Below are positions 1 to 8,996 of a stretch of DNA of 25,192 bases, one piece after another. Source of the DNA: Terriglobales bacterium (lineage in GTDB: Bacteria > Desulfobacterota > Binatia > HRBIN30); contig DASPMH010000342.1 of NCBI GenBank assembly GCA_035627175.1, positions 1 to 25,192 of the forward strand. The letters run 5' to 3'. The notes beneath the pieces are model-generated. The model worked only from the letters and a program-made list of their open reading frames with translations, was not told where the DNA came from and searched no databases. Numbering within the stretch: position 1 is the first letter of the stretch; each line of letters begins with the position of its first letter. The position numbers and the translations under genes were made by a program.

Positions 1-129
1 GCGCGCTCGATCGAAGACAAGATCCGCTCCCACTTCGGCCTGGGACCGCGGCAAGCGGCGCCTGCGGCTGCGCCTGCGACAGAAGCGGAACCCGCACCCA
101 AGGCGGAGGCCAAGCGCAGCCGCGCCTGA
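1..129 (+). CDS. recA: 3' end of probable RecA (partial, runs off left edge)
   Basis: Frame 1 reads ARSIEDKIRSHFGLGPRQAAPAAAPATEAEPAPKAEAKRSRA* (TGA 127-129). IEDKIRSHFGL resembles the last RecA helix followed by a low-complexity tail. The position upstream of recX and alaS fits the common recA-recX-alaS order. Confidence 0.65.
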   Translation, partial: ARSIEDKIRSHFGLGPRQAAPAAAPATEAEPAPKAEAKRSRA

Positions 130-148
130 GCCACCGGACGCCGCCGCC

Positions 149-727
149 ATGGCTCGCTCCGCCCATTCGGCAGCTCTCGCCACGCGCCATCGGTTCAGCG
201 TGAGCGACTACCACCGCATGGGCGAAGCGGGCGTGTTGGGTGAGCAGGATCGGGTCGAGCTGATCGAGGGGGAGATCATCGAGATGAGCCCGATCGGGAG
301 CTCGCATGCAGCGCGGGTGTCGCGATTGACCCACCTGCTCGTTCGTAAATTGGGCGACGCCGCGATCGTGAGAGTACAGAGTCCGGTGGTGCTCGATGGC
401 AGTTCCGAGCCCGAGCCGGACCTGGCGATTTTGAAGCCTCGACCGGATTTCTACGAGAAACAGCACCCCGAGCCCCAGGACGTTCTGCTGGTAATCGAGG
501 TCGCCGACACCTCGCGCGCTTTCGACCGCACCGTGAAGGTTCCACTCTACGGCCGAACTGGGATTGCCGAGGTTTGGCTTGTCGATCTGGTCGATCAGCT
601 GGTGGAAGTGCACCGCGATCCGCTGCGCGGCAAGTACCAGTCGTGCACCTCGTACCGCCGAGGCCAGCGGCTGGCGCTGACCGCATTCCCGCAGGTGGTC
701 CTGCGGGTCGCCGACATCCTCGGCTGA
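149..727 (+). CDS. Uma2 (DUF820) family putative restriction-endonuclease-fold protein, 192 aa
   Basis: Typical Uma2 motifs: ELIEGEIIEMSPIGSSHA, SEPEPDLAIL, LVIEVADTS, KVPLYGRTGIAEVWLVD. Confidence 0.9.
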   Translation: MARSAHSAALATRHRFSVSDYHRMGEAGVLGEQDRVELIEGEIIEMSPIGSSHAARVSRLTHLLVRKLGDAAIVRVQSPVVLDGSSEPEPDLAILKPRPDFYEKQHPEPQDVLLVIEVADTSRAFDRTVKVPLYGRTGIAEVWLVDLVDQLVEVHRDPLRGKYQSCTSYRRGQRLALTAFPQVVLRVADILG

Positions 728-733
728 GACAAC

Positions 734-1168
734 GTGGACGATGCGTTCCACGCCGCGACGGCCTTCCTGCGGCGCCGCGATCGCAGCACGGCCGAGGTCC
801 GGCAGCATCTCCAGGAACACGGCTGCGCCGCCGAAGACATCGACGCCGCCGTGTGCCGGCTGATCGAGCTGCGCTATCTCGACGACGGCCGCTTTGCACT
901 GTCGGTCGCCGAGCGGCTGGCGCAGCGCGGTCACGGGCCCTTGCGTGCGCAGCGGGATCTGGCGCGCGCCGGAGTGCCGGCCGAGGTGATCGCGGCGACG
1001 ATCGCGGAGGTGTTCGTCGATCCGGTCGCTCTCGCGCGGCGGGTCTGCGCCGCCCGCTTCCCGCACTTGGACGACGACCGCCAGCGCGCCCGGGCGGCCC
1101 GCTTTCTCGCCGGGCGCGGCTTTCCTCACCACCTCATCGAGAACGTTTTGGGCGGAGTGGAGCGGTGA
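734..1168 (+). CDS. recX: Regulatory protein RecX, 144 aa (GTG start)
   Basis: RDRSTAEVRQHL, YLDDGRFA, HGPLRAQRDL..GV and RAARFLAGRGF three-helix repeat motifs; located between recA and alaS. Confidence 0.9.
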   Translation: MDDAFHAATAFLRRRDRSTAEVRQHLQEHGCAAEDIDAAVCRLIELRYLDDGRFALSVAERLAQRGHGPLRAQRDLARAGVPAEVIAATIAEVFVDPVALARRVCAARFPHLDDDRQRARAARFLAGRGFPHHLIENVLGGVER

Positions 1169-1187
1169 TCGACAGGTCGGCAGCGAG

Positions 1188-1448
1188 GTGCGCCGATCGA
1201 CAGCACCGCTGCCGACGGTCAGGGAGCCGAGGCACGGTACAGCCGCGCTCCGCCTCCTGTTGCCGCTCGCGGGCATGGCGGCGCTGCTGCAAGCGCTGAA
1301 CCTGCTTTATGTCGCCGCCTGGTACGGATGCGATCCGCTTGTACTCGCCTGCCCGAACCACGGGGCGCTCGCCTGGCATAGCCTGTTGGCTCTGTGGGCC
1401 AAGGCTGATAGCAACAACACCCACTTTCGCTCACAGGAAACCCAATGA
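1188..1448 (+). CDS. Possible small hydrophobic protein, 86 aa (may be spurious)
   Basis: Fills the recX-alaS gap, has a hydrophobic stretch (LRLLLPLAGMAALLQALNLLYVAAWYG), and its TGA overlaps the alaS ATG (ATGA 1445-1448). No recognisable family. Confidence 0.25.
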   Translation: MRRSTAPLPTVREPRHGTAALRLLLPLAGMAALLQALNLLYVAAWYGCDPLVLACPNHGALAWHSLLALWAKADSNNTHFRSQETQ

Positions 1449-4087
1449 CCGGTGCAGAGATTCGTTCGTCGTTCCTCGAGTTCTTCCGCCAGCGCAGCCA
1501 TGAGGTCGTACCCAGCGCCTCGCTGGTGCCGTACAACGATCCGACGCTGATGTTCACCAACGCCGGGATGGTTCCTTTCAAGGACGTCTTCCTCGGCAAG
1601 GCGACCCGCAAGAACCCGCGGGCGGTCGACGTGCAGCGCTGCTTGCGGTTGAGCGGTAAGCATAACGACCTCGAGGAGGTCGGCCGTGACGGCTACCACC
1701 ACACCCTGTTCGAGATGCTCGGCAACTGGTCGTTCGGCGATTACTACAAGCGCGACGCGATCATCTGGGCGTGGCAACTGCTGACCGAAGTCTGGAAACT
1801 TCCCAGGGACAAGCTCTACGCGACGGTCTACCGCACCGACGACGAGGCCGAACAGCTGTGGTGGTCGCTGACCGACATTACCAAGGAGCACGTCCTCCGC
1901 TTCGACGAGAAGGATAATTTCTGGGAGATGGGCGATGTCGGCCCTTGCGGTCCGTGCTCCGAAATCCACATCGATCGCGGCGAGGGCACCTGCGATCAAC
2001 AACACGTCGCCGGCCACGTCTGTGGCGTCAACGTCGGCTGCGCCCGCTACATGGAGCTGTGGAACCTCGTCTTCATCCAATACAACCGCCAGGAGGACGG
2101 CTCTCTCCAAGAGCTGAGCGCGAAACACGTCGACACCGGAGCGGGGCTGGAGCGCATCGCCTCGGTGATGCAGAACACCCGCTCGAACTACGATACCGAT
2201 CTCTTTCGCACGCTGATCGACTTCACCGAAAAGGCCAGCGGACGGAGTTACGGGCGGAATGAGGACGACGACCTCGCTTTTCGGGTGATCGCAGACCACT
2301 CGCGTGCGATCACCTTCCTGATTGCCGACGGCGTCCAGCCGAGCAATGAAGGACGTGGTTACGTGCTGCGGCGGGTATTGCGGCGCGCCGCCCGCCACGC
2401 TCGCCAACTCGGCTTCTCCGAGCCCATCCTGTGCCGCGTCAGCGGTGCGGTCATCGATCTGATGGGACCGGCTTATCCGGAGATCGTCCCGCAACGGCAG
2501 CACATCCACGAGGTGATCCGAGGCGAAGAGGAGCGGTTCTCCGAGACACTCGACAAAGGCATGCAGCTGCTCGATCAGCAGCGCGACGCCCTGCGCGCCA
2601 GGAGCGCGACGATGCTTCCCGGCGATGTCGCTTTCAAGCTGTACGACACCTACGGCTTTCCGCTCGACATGACCCAGGACATTCTTCGCGAGCAGGGCCT
2701 CACGGTCGACGAGGCGGGCTTCCAGCGCAGCATGGAGGAACAGCGCAAGCGCGGCCGCGATGCACGCCGCAGCAATGCCGAAGTCGCCATTAACCTCGGC
2801 AGCTACAAGTCTCGATTCGTCGGCGACCGCATCTACGAGTGGCAAGCGCCGGTCTCGACGGTGCTGGTCAATGGCGAAGAGCGCGACGAGGCACGCGAAG
2901 GCGACGAGATTCAGGTGATCGTTCCGGAAACGCCCTTCTACGGCGAGTCGGGCGGTCAGGTCGGAGACCGTGGCGTCATCGAGACCGACGCCGGCGATCT
3001 GATCGAGATCGTCGATGCGATCAAGCCCAACGCCGATCTGGTGGTGCACGTCGGTAAGGTGATCAAGGGCCGCGTCCATAAAGGCGAACGCGTCTATCTG
3101 CGGCCGGACGCCCAGCGGCGCGACGCGACGCGGCTCAATCACTCGGCGACACACGTACTGCACGCCGCGCTGCGCCACCATCTCGGTGAGCAGGTGCGCC
3201 AAGCCGGTTCGCTGGTGACGCCGGACCGGCTGCGCTTCGACTTCAACTACAATGGCCCGGTTTCGGCCGAGGTGTTGCAGGCGATCGAAGACGAAGCCAA
3301 CCAGCACATCCGCGCCAACGATCCGGCTCACGTCGAAGAAATGGGCTACGACGATGCGCTCAAGGCCGGCGCACTGGCATTCTTCGGCGACAAGTACGGC
3401 GACGTGGTGCGGGTGATCAAGTTCGGCGACTACTCGACCGAGCTCTGCGGCGGCACCCATGTCCAACGTGCCGGTGACATCGGCGTACTGAGAGTGCGGT
3501 CGGAAGCCGGCGTCGCCGCCGGCGTGCGTCGCATCGAGGCGGTCACCGGCGCCGGCGCCCTGCAGTGGATGCGCGAGCGCGACGAGACGTTGCGGCAGAT
3601 CGCCGAGCTGGTGAAGTCGACGGAGAGCGACGTCTCCGATCGAGTCGAGAAACTGCTCGCCCGCCAGCGTGAGCTCGAGCGCCAGCTCGAACAGCTGTCG
3701 GCCAAAGTCGCCGGGGCACAGAGCGGCAACCTCCTCGAAGACGAACGCTACAGCTTCACCACGCCATCGGGCATCAAAGCGGTGGTCGCCGAGCTTGCCG
3801 ATGCGGACTCCAAGCGTCTGCTCGATCTGTCGGACCAGCTGCGCCAGAAGATTGGCAGTGGCGTGATCGTCCTCGCCAGTGGCGGGGACGGGAAGGTCAA
3901 TCTGCTCGCCGCCGTCACCAAGGACCTGACCGCCAAGGTCCACGCCGGCAAACTGATCGGCCAAATCGCGCCGACGGTCGGCGGCCGCGGCGGTGGCCGC
4001 CCGGAGTTGGCCCAAGCGGGCGGCAAGGACGCCAGCAAGATCGCCGACGCCTTGCGCGAAGCGCGCGTACTGTTGATGCAAAGCTGA
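1445..4087 (+). CDS. alaS: Alanine--tRNA ligase, 880 aa
   Basis: DPTLMFTNAGMVPFK, HHTLFEMLGNWSFGDYYK, GPCGPCSEI, DTGAGLERI; editing-domain motifs NHSATH and ELCGGTH; C-terminal GGRGGGRPELAQAGG; AGGA Shine-Dalgarno upstream. Confidence 0.99.
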   Translation: MTGAEIRSSFLEFFRQRSHEVVPSASLVPYNDPTLMFTNAGMVPFKDVFLGKATRKNPRAVDVQRCLRLSGKHNDLEEVGRDGYHHTLFEMLGNWSFGDYYKRDAIIWAWQLLTEVWKLPRDKLYATVYRTDDEAEQLWWSLTDITKEHVLRFDEKDNFWEMGDVGPCGPCSEIHIDRGEGTCDQQHVAGHVCGVNVGCARYMELWNLVFIQYNRQEDGSLQELSAKHVDTGAGLERIASVMQNTRSNYDTDLFRTLIDFTEKASGRSYGRNEDDDLAFRVIADHSRAITFLIADGVQPSNEGRGYVLRRVLRRAARHARQLGFSEPILCRVSGAVIDLMGPAYPEIVPQRQHIHEVIRGEEERFSETLDKGMQLLDQQRDALRARSATMLPGDVAFKLYDTYGFPLDMTQDILREQGLTVDEAGFQRSMEEQRKRGRDARRSNAEVAINLGSYKSRFVGDRIYEWQAPVSTVLVNGEERDEAREGDEIQVIVPETPFYGESGGQVGDRGVIETDAGDLIEIVDAIKPNADLVVHVGKVIKGRVHKGERVYLRPDAQRRDATRLNHSATHVLHAALRHHLGEQVRQAGSLVTPDRLRFDFNYNGPVSAEVLQAIEDEANQHIRANDPAHVEEMGYDDALKAGALAFFGDKYGDVVRVIKFGDYSTELCGGTHVQRAGDIGVLRVRSEAGVAAGVRRIEAVTGAGALQWMRERDETLRQIAELVKSTESDVSDRVEKLLARQRELERQLEQLSAKVAGAQSGNLLEDERYSFTTPSGIKAVVAELADADSKRLLDLSDQLRQKIGSGVIVLASGGDGKVNLLAAVTKDLTAKVHAGKLIGQIAPTVGGRGGGRPELAQAGGKDASKIADALREARVLLMQS

Positions 4088-4102
4088 GTGCCCCTCAGAG
4101 GA

Positions 4103-4154
4103 TCCCCTCCCCCCGTGAGCAATTCTGCTCACGGGGGAGGGGACGCTTTCTTTC
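4103..4154 (+). terminator. Strong hairpin after alaS, probable intrinsic terminator (or REP-like palindrome)
   Basis: TCCCCTCCCCCCGTGAGCA-attc-TGCTCACGGGGGAGGGGA (4103-4143; 18-bp stem with one bulged C) followed by cgCTTTCTTTC, starting 16 nt after the alaS stop. Confidence 0.65.
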
Positions 4155-4211
4155 GCGGCGAATTAATGTTTCCTATGGCGCTGTGAAGACGCCACTGAGG
4201 GCGATACGCCT

Positions 4212-5186
4212 TTGCCGCAATTAACTGCCGACACTCTCGACCTGCAGTTCGGCGAACCGCAACATTTTCGCCATCTGCTGGGGCAACAGGATGAACATTT
4301 GCGGATCCTCGAGCGCGCCCTCGGGGTTCGCATCTCCGCACACGACACCGCGCTGACGATCAAGGGCGACGCCGTCGAGCAGGAGCTTGCCAGTCGCATC
4401 CTCAATCAGCTCTACGACGTGGTCGAACGCGGCTATCCCGTTTATGCCAGTGACGTCGACTACGCCATTCGCATCCTCAGTGGCGATCGCAACGCCAAGC
4501 TGCGCGACATCTTCATGGACACTGTCTACGTGTCCGCCCACAAGCGCACCATCACGCCGAAGAGCTTGGCGCAGAAGAGCTACATCGACGCGATCCGCAA
4601 CTTCGATATCGTCTTCGGGATCGGTCCGGCGGGCACGGGCAAGACGTATCTGGCGATGGCGATCGCAGTTGCCGAGCTGATGCGCAACAACTTCACCCGC
4701 ATCGTATTGACCCGCCCCGCGGTCGAAGCGGGCGAGCGCCTGGGCTTTCTTCCCGGCGATCTGGTCGAGAAGGTCAATCCTTATCTGCGGCCGCTGTACG
4801 ACGCGCTGCACGACATGGTCGACTTCAACAAGGCGCAGAAGCTGATCGAACGCGGCGCGATCGAAGTAGCACCCTTGGCGTTCATGCGCGGTCGCACCTT
4901 GAACGACTCGTTCGTCATCCTCGACGAGGCTCAGAACACCACCACCGAACAGATGAAGATGTTCCTGACCCGGCTCGGCTTCGGCTCGAAGGCGGTGATC
5001 ACCGGTGACGTCACCCAGATCGATCTGCCTGCCGGCCGCGCGTCGGGGCTGAAGGAAGCTCAGGCGATCCTCTCCAAGATCGAAGGGATTCGCTTTTGCA
5101 CCTTCACCGAGCGCGACGTAGTGCGTCATCGGCTGGTGCAGGACATCATCACCGCCTACGACCGCGCCGAGGGCCGGAGATCGTGA
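4212..5186 (+). CDS. phoH: PhoH-family ATPase (YbeZ/PhoL type), 324 aa (TTG start)
   Basis: Walker [56 protein letters not shown]; KH-like N-terminus; directly upstream of ybeY. Confidence 0.96.
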   Translation: MPQLTADTLDLQFGEPQHFRHLLGQQDEHLRILERALGVRISAHDTALTIKGDAVEQELASRILNQLYDVVERGYPVYASDVDYAIRILSGDRNAKLRDIFMDTVYVSAHKRTITPKSLAQKSYIDAIRNFDIVFGIGPAGTGKTYLAMAIAVAELMRNNFTRIVLTRPAVEAGERLGFLPGDLVEKVNPYLRPLYDALHDMVDFNKAQKLIERGAIEVAPLAFMRGRTLNDSFVILDEAQNTTTEQMKMFLTRLGFGSKAVITGDVTQIDLPAGRASGLKEAQAILSKIEGIRFCTFTERDVVRHRLVQDIITAYDRAEGRRS

Positions 5187-5235
5187 GGCGCCCCCTTTCC
5201 CAAAGGGGGCAGCGCCCGCAGGGCGCGGGGGATTT
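5187..5235 (+). repeat. Composite palindromic (REP-like) element, copy 1
   Basis: GCCCCCTTT-ccc-AAAGGGGGC (5190-5210), then GCGCCC-gca-GGGCGC (5212-5226), then GGGGGATTT. Its reverse complement closely matches 16139-16194. Confidence 0.7.
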
Positions 5236-5259
5236 GTGGCAGTCTACTAGCGCGCCGCG

Positions 5260-5748
5260 ATGCCGGTAACCGTCCTTTCCCGCCATCGCCTGCCCGGGGC
5301 GCGCGTCTCTGACGTGGCACGCGACGCCCGCCGAATCCTTCGGATCCTCGAAGAAGAGCAGGCGGAATTGTCCGTCAGTCTGGTCGATGACGAAGAGATC
5401 CACCGGCTCAACCGCGATTACCGTTTCAAAGACAAACCTACCGACGTGCTCGCCTTCGCCTTGCGCGAAGGCATCCAGGCACCAGGGACCGAGCGGGTGC
5501 TCGGCGACGTGGTGATTTCCCTCGACACTGCGGCGCGGCAGGCCTACAAGCGCAAGCGAATGCTCGCCGCAGAGGTTCGCACCCTTCTGATCCACGGGAT
5601 CCTCCACCTGCTGGGGTACGACCACGAGCGCAGCCCATCCGAAGCTCGCCGGATGAAGCGCAAGGAACGCGCGCTCGCCGGTACTCTCGCGGCGCCGCAT
5701 CGAGGGAGGCGCCAGGATGACACACTACAACGAAGCGCTCGCGGTTAG
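5260..5748 (+). CDS. ybeY: rRNA maturation endoribonuclease YbeY, 162 aa
   Basis: LNRDYRFKDKPTDVLAF, LGDVVIS, and the zinc motif LLIHGILHLLGYDHE. Confidence 0.96.
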   Translation: MPVTVLSRHRLPGARVSDVARDARRILRILEEEQAELSVSLVDDEEIHRLNRDYRFKDKPTDVLAFALREGIQAPGTERVLGDVVISLDTAARQAYKRKRMLAAEVRTLLIHGILHLLGYDHERSPSEARRMKRKERALAGTLAAPHRGRRQDDTLQRSARG

Positions 5749-6028
5749 CCTGATCGACAAAAGGGTCCTGATCGGTATCACCTATGTCGATGAGATTGGC
5801 CATCCGCTCGAACGGCAACAGTTCTGCGGAATCATCATCCGCGTCGATCGCGCCGCCGGAGTGACGGTGCGGCTCGACGGCACCGGCAGAGAGGTTCAGC
5901 TGCCGCCGAAGCTCCGCTCCTTCCGGCCGGCACCGCCAGGCGAGTATGAGCTCAGCTCCACCGGCCAGGTCGTCACCAACCCGGATCTTCTCAGCACCTG
6001 GACGCTACGCCGCCTGCGAGCGCACTAG
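5717..6028 (+). CDS. Hypothetical beta-rich protein, 103 aa
   Basis: GGGAGG Shine-Dalgarno before the ATG; protein-like composition (KRVLIGITYVDE...LPPKLRSFRPAPPGEYELSSTGQVVTNPDLLSTWT); overlaps the ybeY tail by 32 nt. Confidence 0.75.
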   Translation: MTHYNEALAVSLIDKRVLIGITYVDEIGHPLERQQFCGIIIRVDRAAGVTVRLDGTGREVQLPPKLRSFRPAPPGEYELSSTGQVVTNPDLLSTWTLRRLRAH

Positions 6029-6034
6029 CCAGGC

Positions 6035-6802
6035 TCAGATTACGAAGGTTTCGTGACGCCGCTTGTGGCCGCTTTCGAAGCCCCGGCGGAACGCTTCGGT
6101 CGAGTACTCATCTGGATAGCGCTCGCGCAGGAGCGGTAGCGCGGTTTCGTAGGAGGTGTCACGCAGCTCGCTGCTGTGCGCCGCTTCGAAGCCGTGGCGG
6201 TACGGCAGCTCGTCGTGGTCGAAGTCGCGGCCGTCGGCGAGATACTCTTCCTGCTCCGCGCTGCGCCGGCCGACCCACCACTGCTCGCGGGCGGCGTCGA
6301 CCGTCTCGGCGCCGGCGGCTACCAGTGTGTCGCGAATGGTGTCTCCGTTGAATCGGTCGTCGGTTTGCACCAAGACGATACTGCGGTTTTGCCGTAACGC
6401 GTCCTCGTACACGTAGAGCTCATCGGTCGGCAGTCCGTGCTGGAGCTTGCGATCGAGTGCCGATCCGGTGATTGCGCCCGCCGCCGCTCCGCTGACGGCA
6501 CCGAGCGCCGAAAGCAGCGCCACCGCGCCGCCGCCGATCGCGGCCACAGGTCCTGCACCGGGAATCAACAAGGCCGCGGCGACGGCCACACCGCTCGCCG
6601 CCCCGGCGGCGCCACCGACGATGGTTCCGAGGGCGGTCCCGACGCCGGGTTGCTCGGCATCGGTCTGGGCCGCTTCCTGAGTCACACTCTCGCCGGGCAG
6701 CAGTAAGTTCAGGTGATCTTCCGGCACACCTAGGGCGCGCACCCGCTCGCATGCATCACGAGCCGCTTCTCCCGAATGAAAGATTCCCACTACGTTTTGC
6801 AT
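6035..6802 (-). CDS. General-stress-protein-like (YflT/17M-like N-terminus) glycine-zipper membrane protein, about 255 aa
   Basis: N-terminal VVGIFHSGEAARDACERVRALGVPEDHLNLL, a Gly/Ala zipper (GTALGTIVGGAAGAASG...IPGAGPVAAIG) and YEDALRQNRSIVLV. Start moved from 6820 to ATG 6802, which follows GGAAGG. Confidence 0.8.
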   Translation of the reverse strand: MQNVVGIFHSGEAARDACERVRALGVPEDHLNLLLPGESVTQEAAQTDAEQPGVGTALGTIVGGAAGAASGVAVAAALLIPGAGPVAAIGGGAVALLSALGAVSGAAAGAITGSALDRKLQHGLPTDELYVYEDALRQNRSIVLVQTDDRFNGDTIRDTLVAAGAETVDAAREQWWVGRRSAEQEEYLADGRDFDHDELPYRHGFEAAHSSELRDTSYETALPLLRERYPDEYSTEAFRRGFESGHKRRHETFVI

Positions 6803-6888
6803 GCCTTCCAACGTGCGCAAAACGTGCCAGCCGGTGAGGTGAGCACTGCACGACTAGGCGAAGGCAGCTTCTGCAATATCTACGATCT

Positions 6889-8253
6889 TCACTGCTGCGC
6901 AGAAGTGGGAAGCAGGAGGTGGACTGTCGTTCCCTTGCCGAGCTCGCTCTCGATGCGGAGCGAGCCGCCGTGGGCTTGGACGATGTGTTTGACGATGGCC
7001 AGGCCGAGGCCGGTGCCGCCGAGCTCGCGCGAGCGAGCTTGATCGACGCGATAGAAGCGCTCGGTCAGCCGCGGTAAATCGCGACCAGGGACTCCCTCGC
7101 CGGTGTCGGCGACGCTCAGCTCGATCTGGGTCGGTTGGGCGGCGGCGGAGATGGTGACGCGTCCGCCTGGTCGGGTAAACTTCACCGCGTTGTCGATCAG
7201 ATTAACCAGCACCTGCACCATCCGATCCGGATCGGCCACGATGGGCGGCAACTCCGCAGAGATGTCTTTGTGAAGCTCGACCTTGCCCTGCATCGCCTTG
7301 TCGCGCAGCACATCGAGGGCGGTATCGATCGCCGCCGCAATCGACATCGGTGCCTTTTGGAGCGCCGCACGGCCGAGCTCGAGATCCGACAGCGCGAGCA
7401 GGTCCTCGGTCAATCGACCGAGGCGCTCCGAGTGGCGCTCGATTACTTCGAGGAACTGGAGCGCTCTATCCCGATCGTCGATCGCCCCCATCCGCAAGGT
7501 CTCGGCGTAACCGCGGATTGCGGTCAGCGGCGTGCGGATCTCATGCGAGACATTGGCGACGAAGTCGCGACGCGTCGCCTCCAACTGTTTGATCGCGGTG
7601 ATGTCATGGAACACCAAGATGATGCGCCGCTGCTTGGTGTCGGCAGGCGCGAGCGAGGTGCCGGTCAGCTGCAGAATCTCGCGCCGCGCTCCGCTGCCGA
7701 GGGTGATCTCGGTGATGATCGGAATGGCGACCCGCTGTTGTGCCACTTGATGGACGACGCGGTGAATGTCGGGGTCGCGCGACAAGCTCAACAGCGGGGT
7801 GCCGGCCACTGTCTCCGGTGTAGCCACACCGAACAGGGCCGCGGCACGCTGATTGGCGAGCTCGATCACGCCATCGGGCCGGAGGACGATGACGCCTTCG
7901 ATCATGCCGCCGAGCACCGCCTCGAGTTGGAGCTTCTCTGCTTCGGCTTGACGAGTGCGGCTATCGTATTGATGGGCGATGCTCGCCAAGGCCCGTTGGA
8001 CGAGACGGAACGGATCGGCGGTGGCGGCGGCGGTATCCTCCGGCAGCCATCGCTGGATCGCGGCCTGCAGCCGCTGCATACGGCGCTCGAGCGCACGCGC
8101 CCATAGCGCGTTGGCGATGAGACAGCCGATCGATGTGGCGAGACAGATCGACCAGCCGGTCAGGTCGATGGTGTCGAGTAGCAGCAAGGCGGTGGCGAGG
8201 ACCGCACTGGCGGCAGGAACGGCGAACGGTGCCCCCGGCGCGCGCCGCTTCAC
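6889..8253 (-). CDS. phoR: Phosphate regulon sensor histidine kinase PhoR, 454 aa (GTG start)
   Basis: Two N-terminal TM segments, PAS (MIEGVIVL...ANQRA), H-box FVANVSHEIRTPLTAIRGYAETL, N-box NLIDNAVKF, G-boxes DTGEG and GGTGLGLAIVKH; GTGA overlap with the phoB stop. Confidence 0.93.
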   Translation of the reverse strand: MKRRAPGAPFAVPAASAVLATALLLLDTIDLTGWSICLATSIGCLIANALWARALERRMQRLQAAIQRWLPEDTAAATADPFRLVQRALASIAHQYDSRTRQAEAEKLQLEAVLGGMIEGVIVLRPDGVIELANQRAAALFGVATPETVAGTPLLSLSRDPDIHRVVHQVAQQRVAIPIITEITLGSGARREILQLTGTSLAPADTKQRRIILVFHDITAIKQLEATRRDFVANVSHEIRTPLTAIRGYAETLRMGAIDDRDRALQFLEVIERHSERLGRLTEDLLALSDLELGRAALQKAPMSIAAAIDTALDVLRDKAMQGKVELHKDISAELPPIVADPDRMVQVLVNLIDNAVKFTRPGGRVTISAAAQPTQIELSVADTGEGVPGRDLPRLTERFYRVDQARSRELGGTGLGLAIVKHIVQAHGGSLRIESELGKGTTVHLLLPTSAQQ

Positions 8254-8972
8254 TCTTGCAGCGCCCGTTCGTTGAATTTGTAGCCGACGCCTCGCACGGT
8301 GAGGATCAATTCGGGATTGGCGTCATCGCGCTCGATGCGTTGCCGCAGGCGGCGCACGTGCACATCGACGGTGCGCGGCTCAACGTGGGTATCCTCGCCC
8401 CAGACGAGATCGAGCAGTTGCAGGCGGTCGTAGACGCGATTCGGCGACTGGACGAAAAACTTCAGCAGCGCGAACTCGCGCAACGAGAGCTCGACCGGCT
8501 GGCGGTCGATGAAGCATTCGTAGGTATCGAAGTCGAGCTTGAGCCGGCCGCGTTCGTAAACCTGCGGGGCGCGTTCGGCGCTGCGTCCGCCGGCTCGGCG
8601 CAAAACGGCGCGCACTCGCGCCACCAGCTCCCTCACACTGAAGGGCTTGATCAGGTAGTCGTCGGCGCCCATCTCCAAGCCGACGACGCGGTCGGTTTCC
8701 GAGGCTTTGGCGGTCAACATCACGATCGGCAGATCGGCGGTCGCAGCTGCGGCGCGCAGGCGCTTGCAAACTTCCAGCCCAGGCATACCGGGCAACATCC
8801 AATCGAGAATGACCAGTGCCGGGCGCTGCTTGGCGATCCGCTGCAGCGCGTGCTCGCCGTCTCCGACGGCGGTGACGGCGAAGCCCTCTTGTTCCAAGGT
8901 GAAGCGCACCAAATCGCGGATGTCTTGCTCATCCTCGACCACCAGCACGGTAGGTTTCGTCGCCGTCGCCAT
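8250..8972 (-). CDS. phoB: OmpR-family response regulator PhoB, 240 aa
   Basis: VLVVEDE, LVILDWMLPG, MLTAK, GADDYLIKPF; winged helix RTVDVHVRRLR and TVRGVGY; located between phoU and phoR. Confidence 0.95.
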   Translation of the reverse strand: MATATKPTVLVVEDEQDIRDLVRFTLEQEGFAVTAVGDGEHALQRIAKQRPALVILDWMLPGMPGLEVCKRLRAAAATADLPIVMLTAKASETDRVVGLEMGADDYLIKPFSVRELVARVRAVLRRAGGRSAERAPQVYERGRLKLDFDTYECFIDRQPVELSLREFALLKFFVQSPNRVYDRLQLLDLVWGEDTHVEPRTVDVHVRRLRQRIERDDANPELILTVRGVGYKFNERALQE

Positions 8973-8996
8973 CTTCTAGGAATCGATTTCCCTCGC

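Noticed and set aside
1169-1444. T-box or other known riboswitch upstream of alaS
   Set aside because: No T-box consensus (GGTGGNACCGCG) or terminator/antiterminator pair is visible.
1960-2060. Cys/His-rich loop in AlaRS (CDQQHVAGHVCGVNVGC) as a novel metal site
   Set aside because: A variable Cys-containing loop between GPCGPCSEI and E(I/L)WNLVF is common in bacterial AlaRS, so it is not distinctive enough.
1307-4132. 941-aa minus-strand ORF
   Set aside because: It is the antisense shadow of alaS. Long stop-free antisense frames are expected from high-GC codon bias, and it has no recognisable motifs.
4212-5186. phoH as part of the neighbouring Pho regulon cluster
   Set aside because: It is the ybeZ-type paralog paired with ybeY, a housekeeping arrangement. 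It lies on the opposite strand and I saw no Pho-box-like repeat upstream, so the proximity is probably coincidental.
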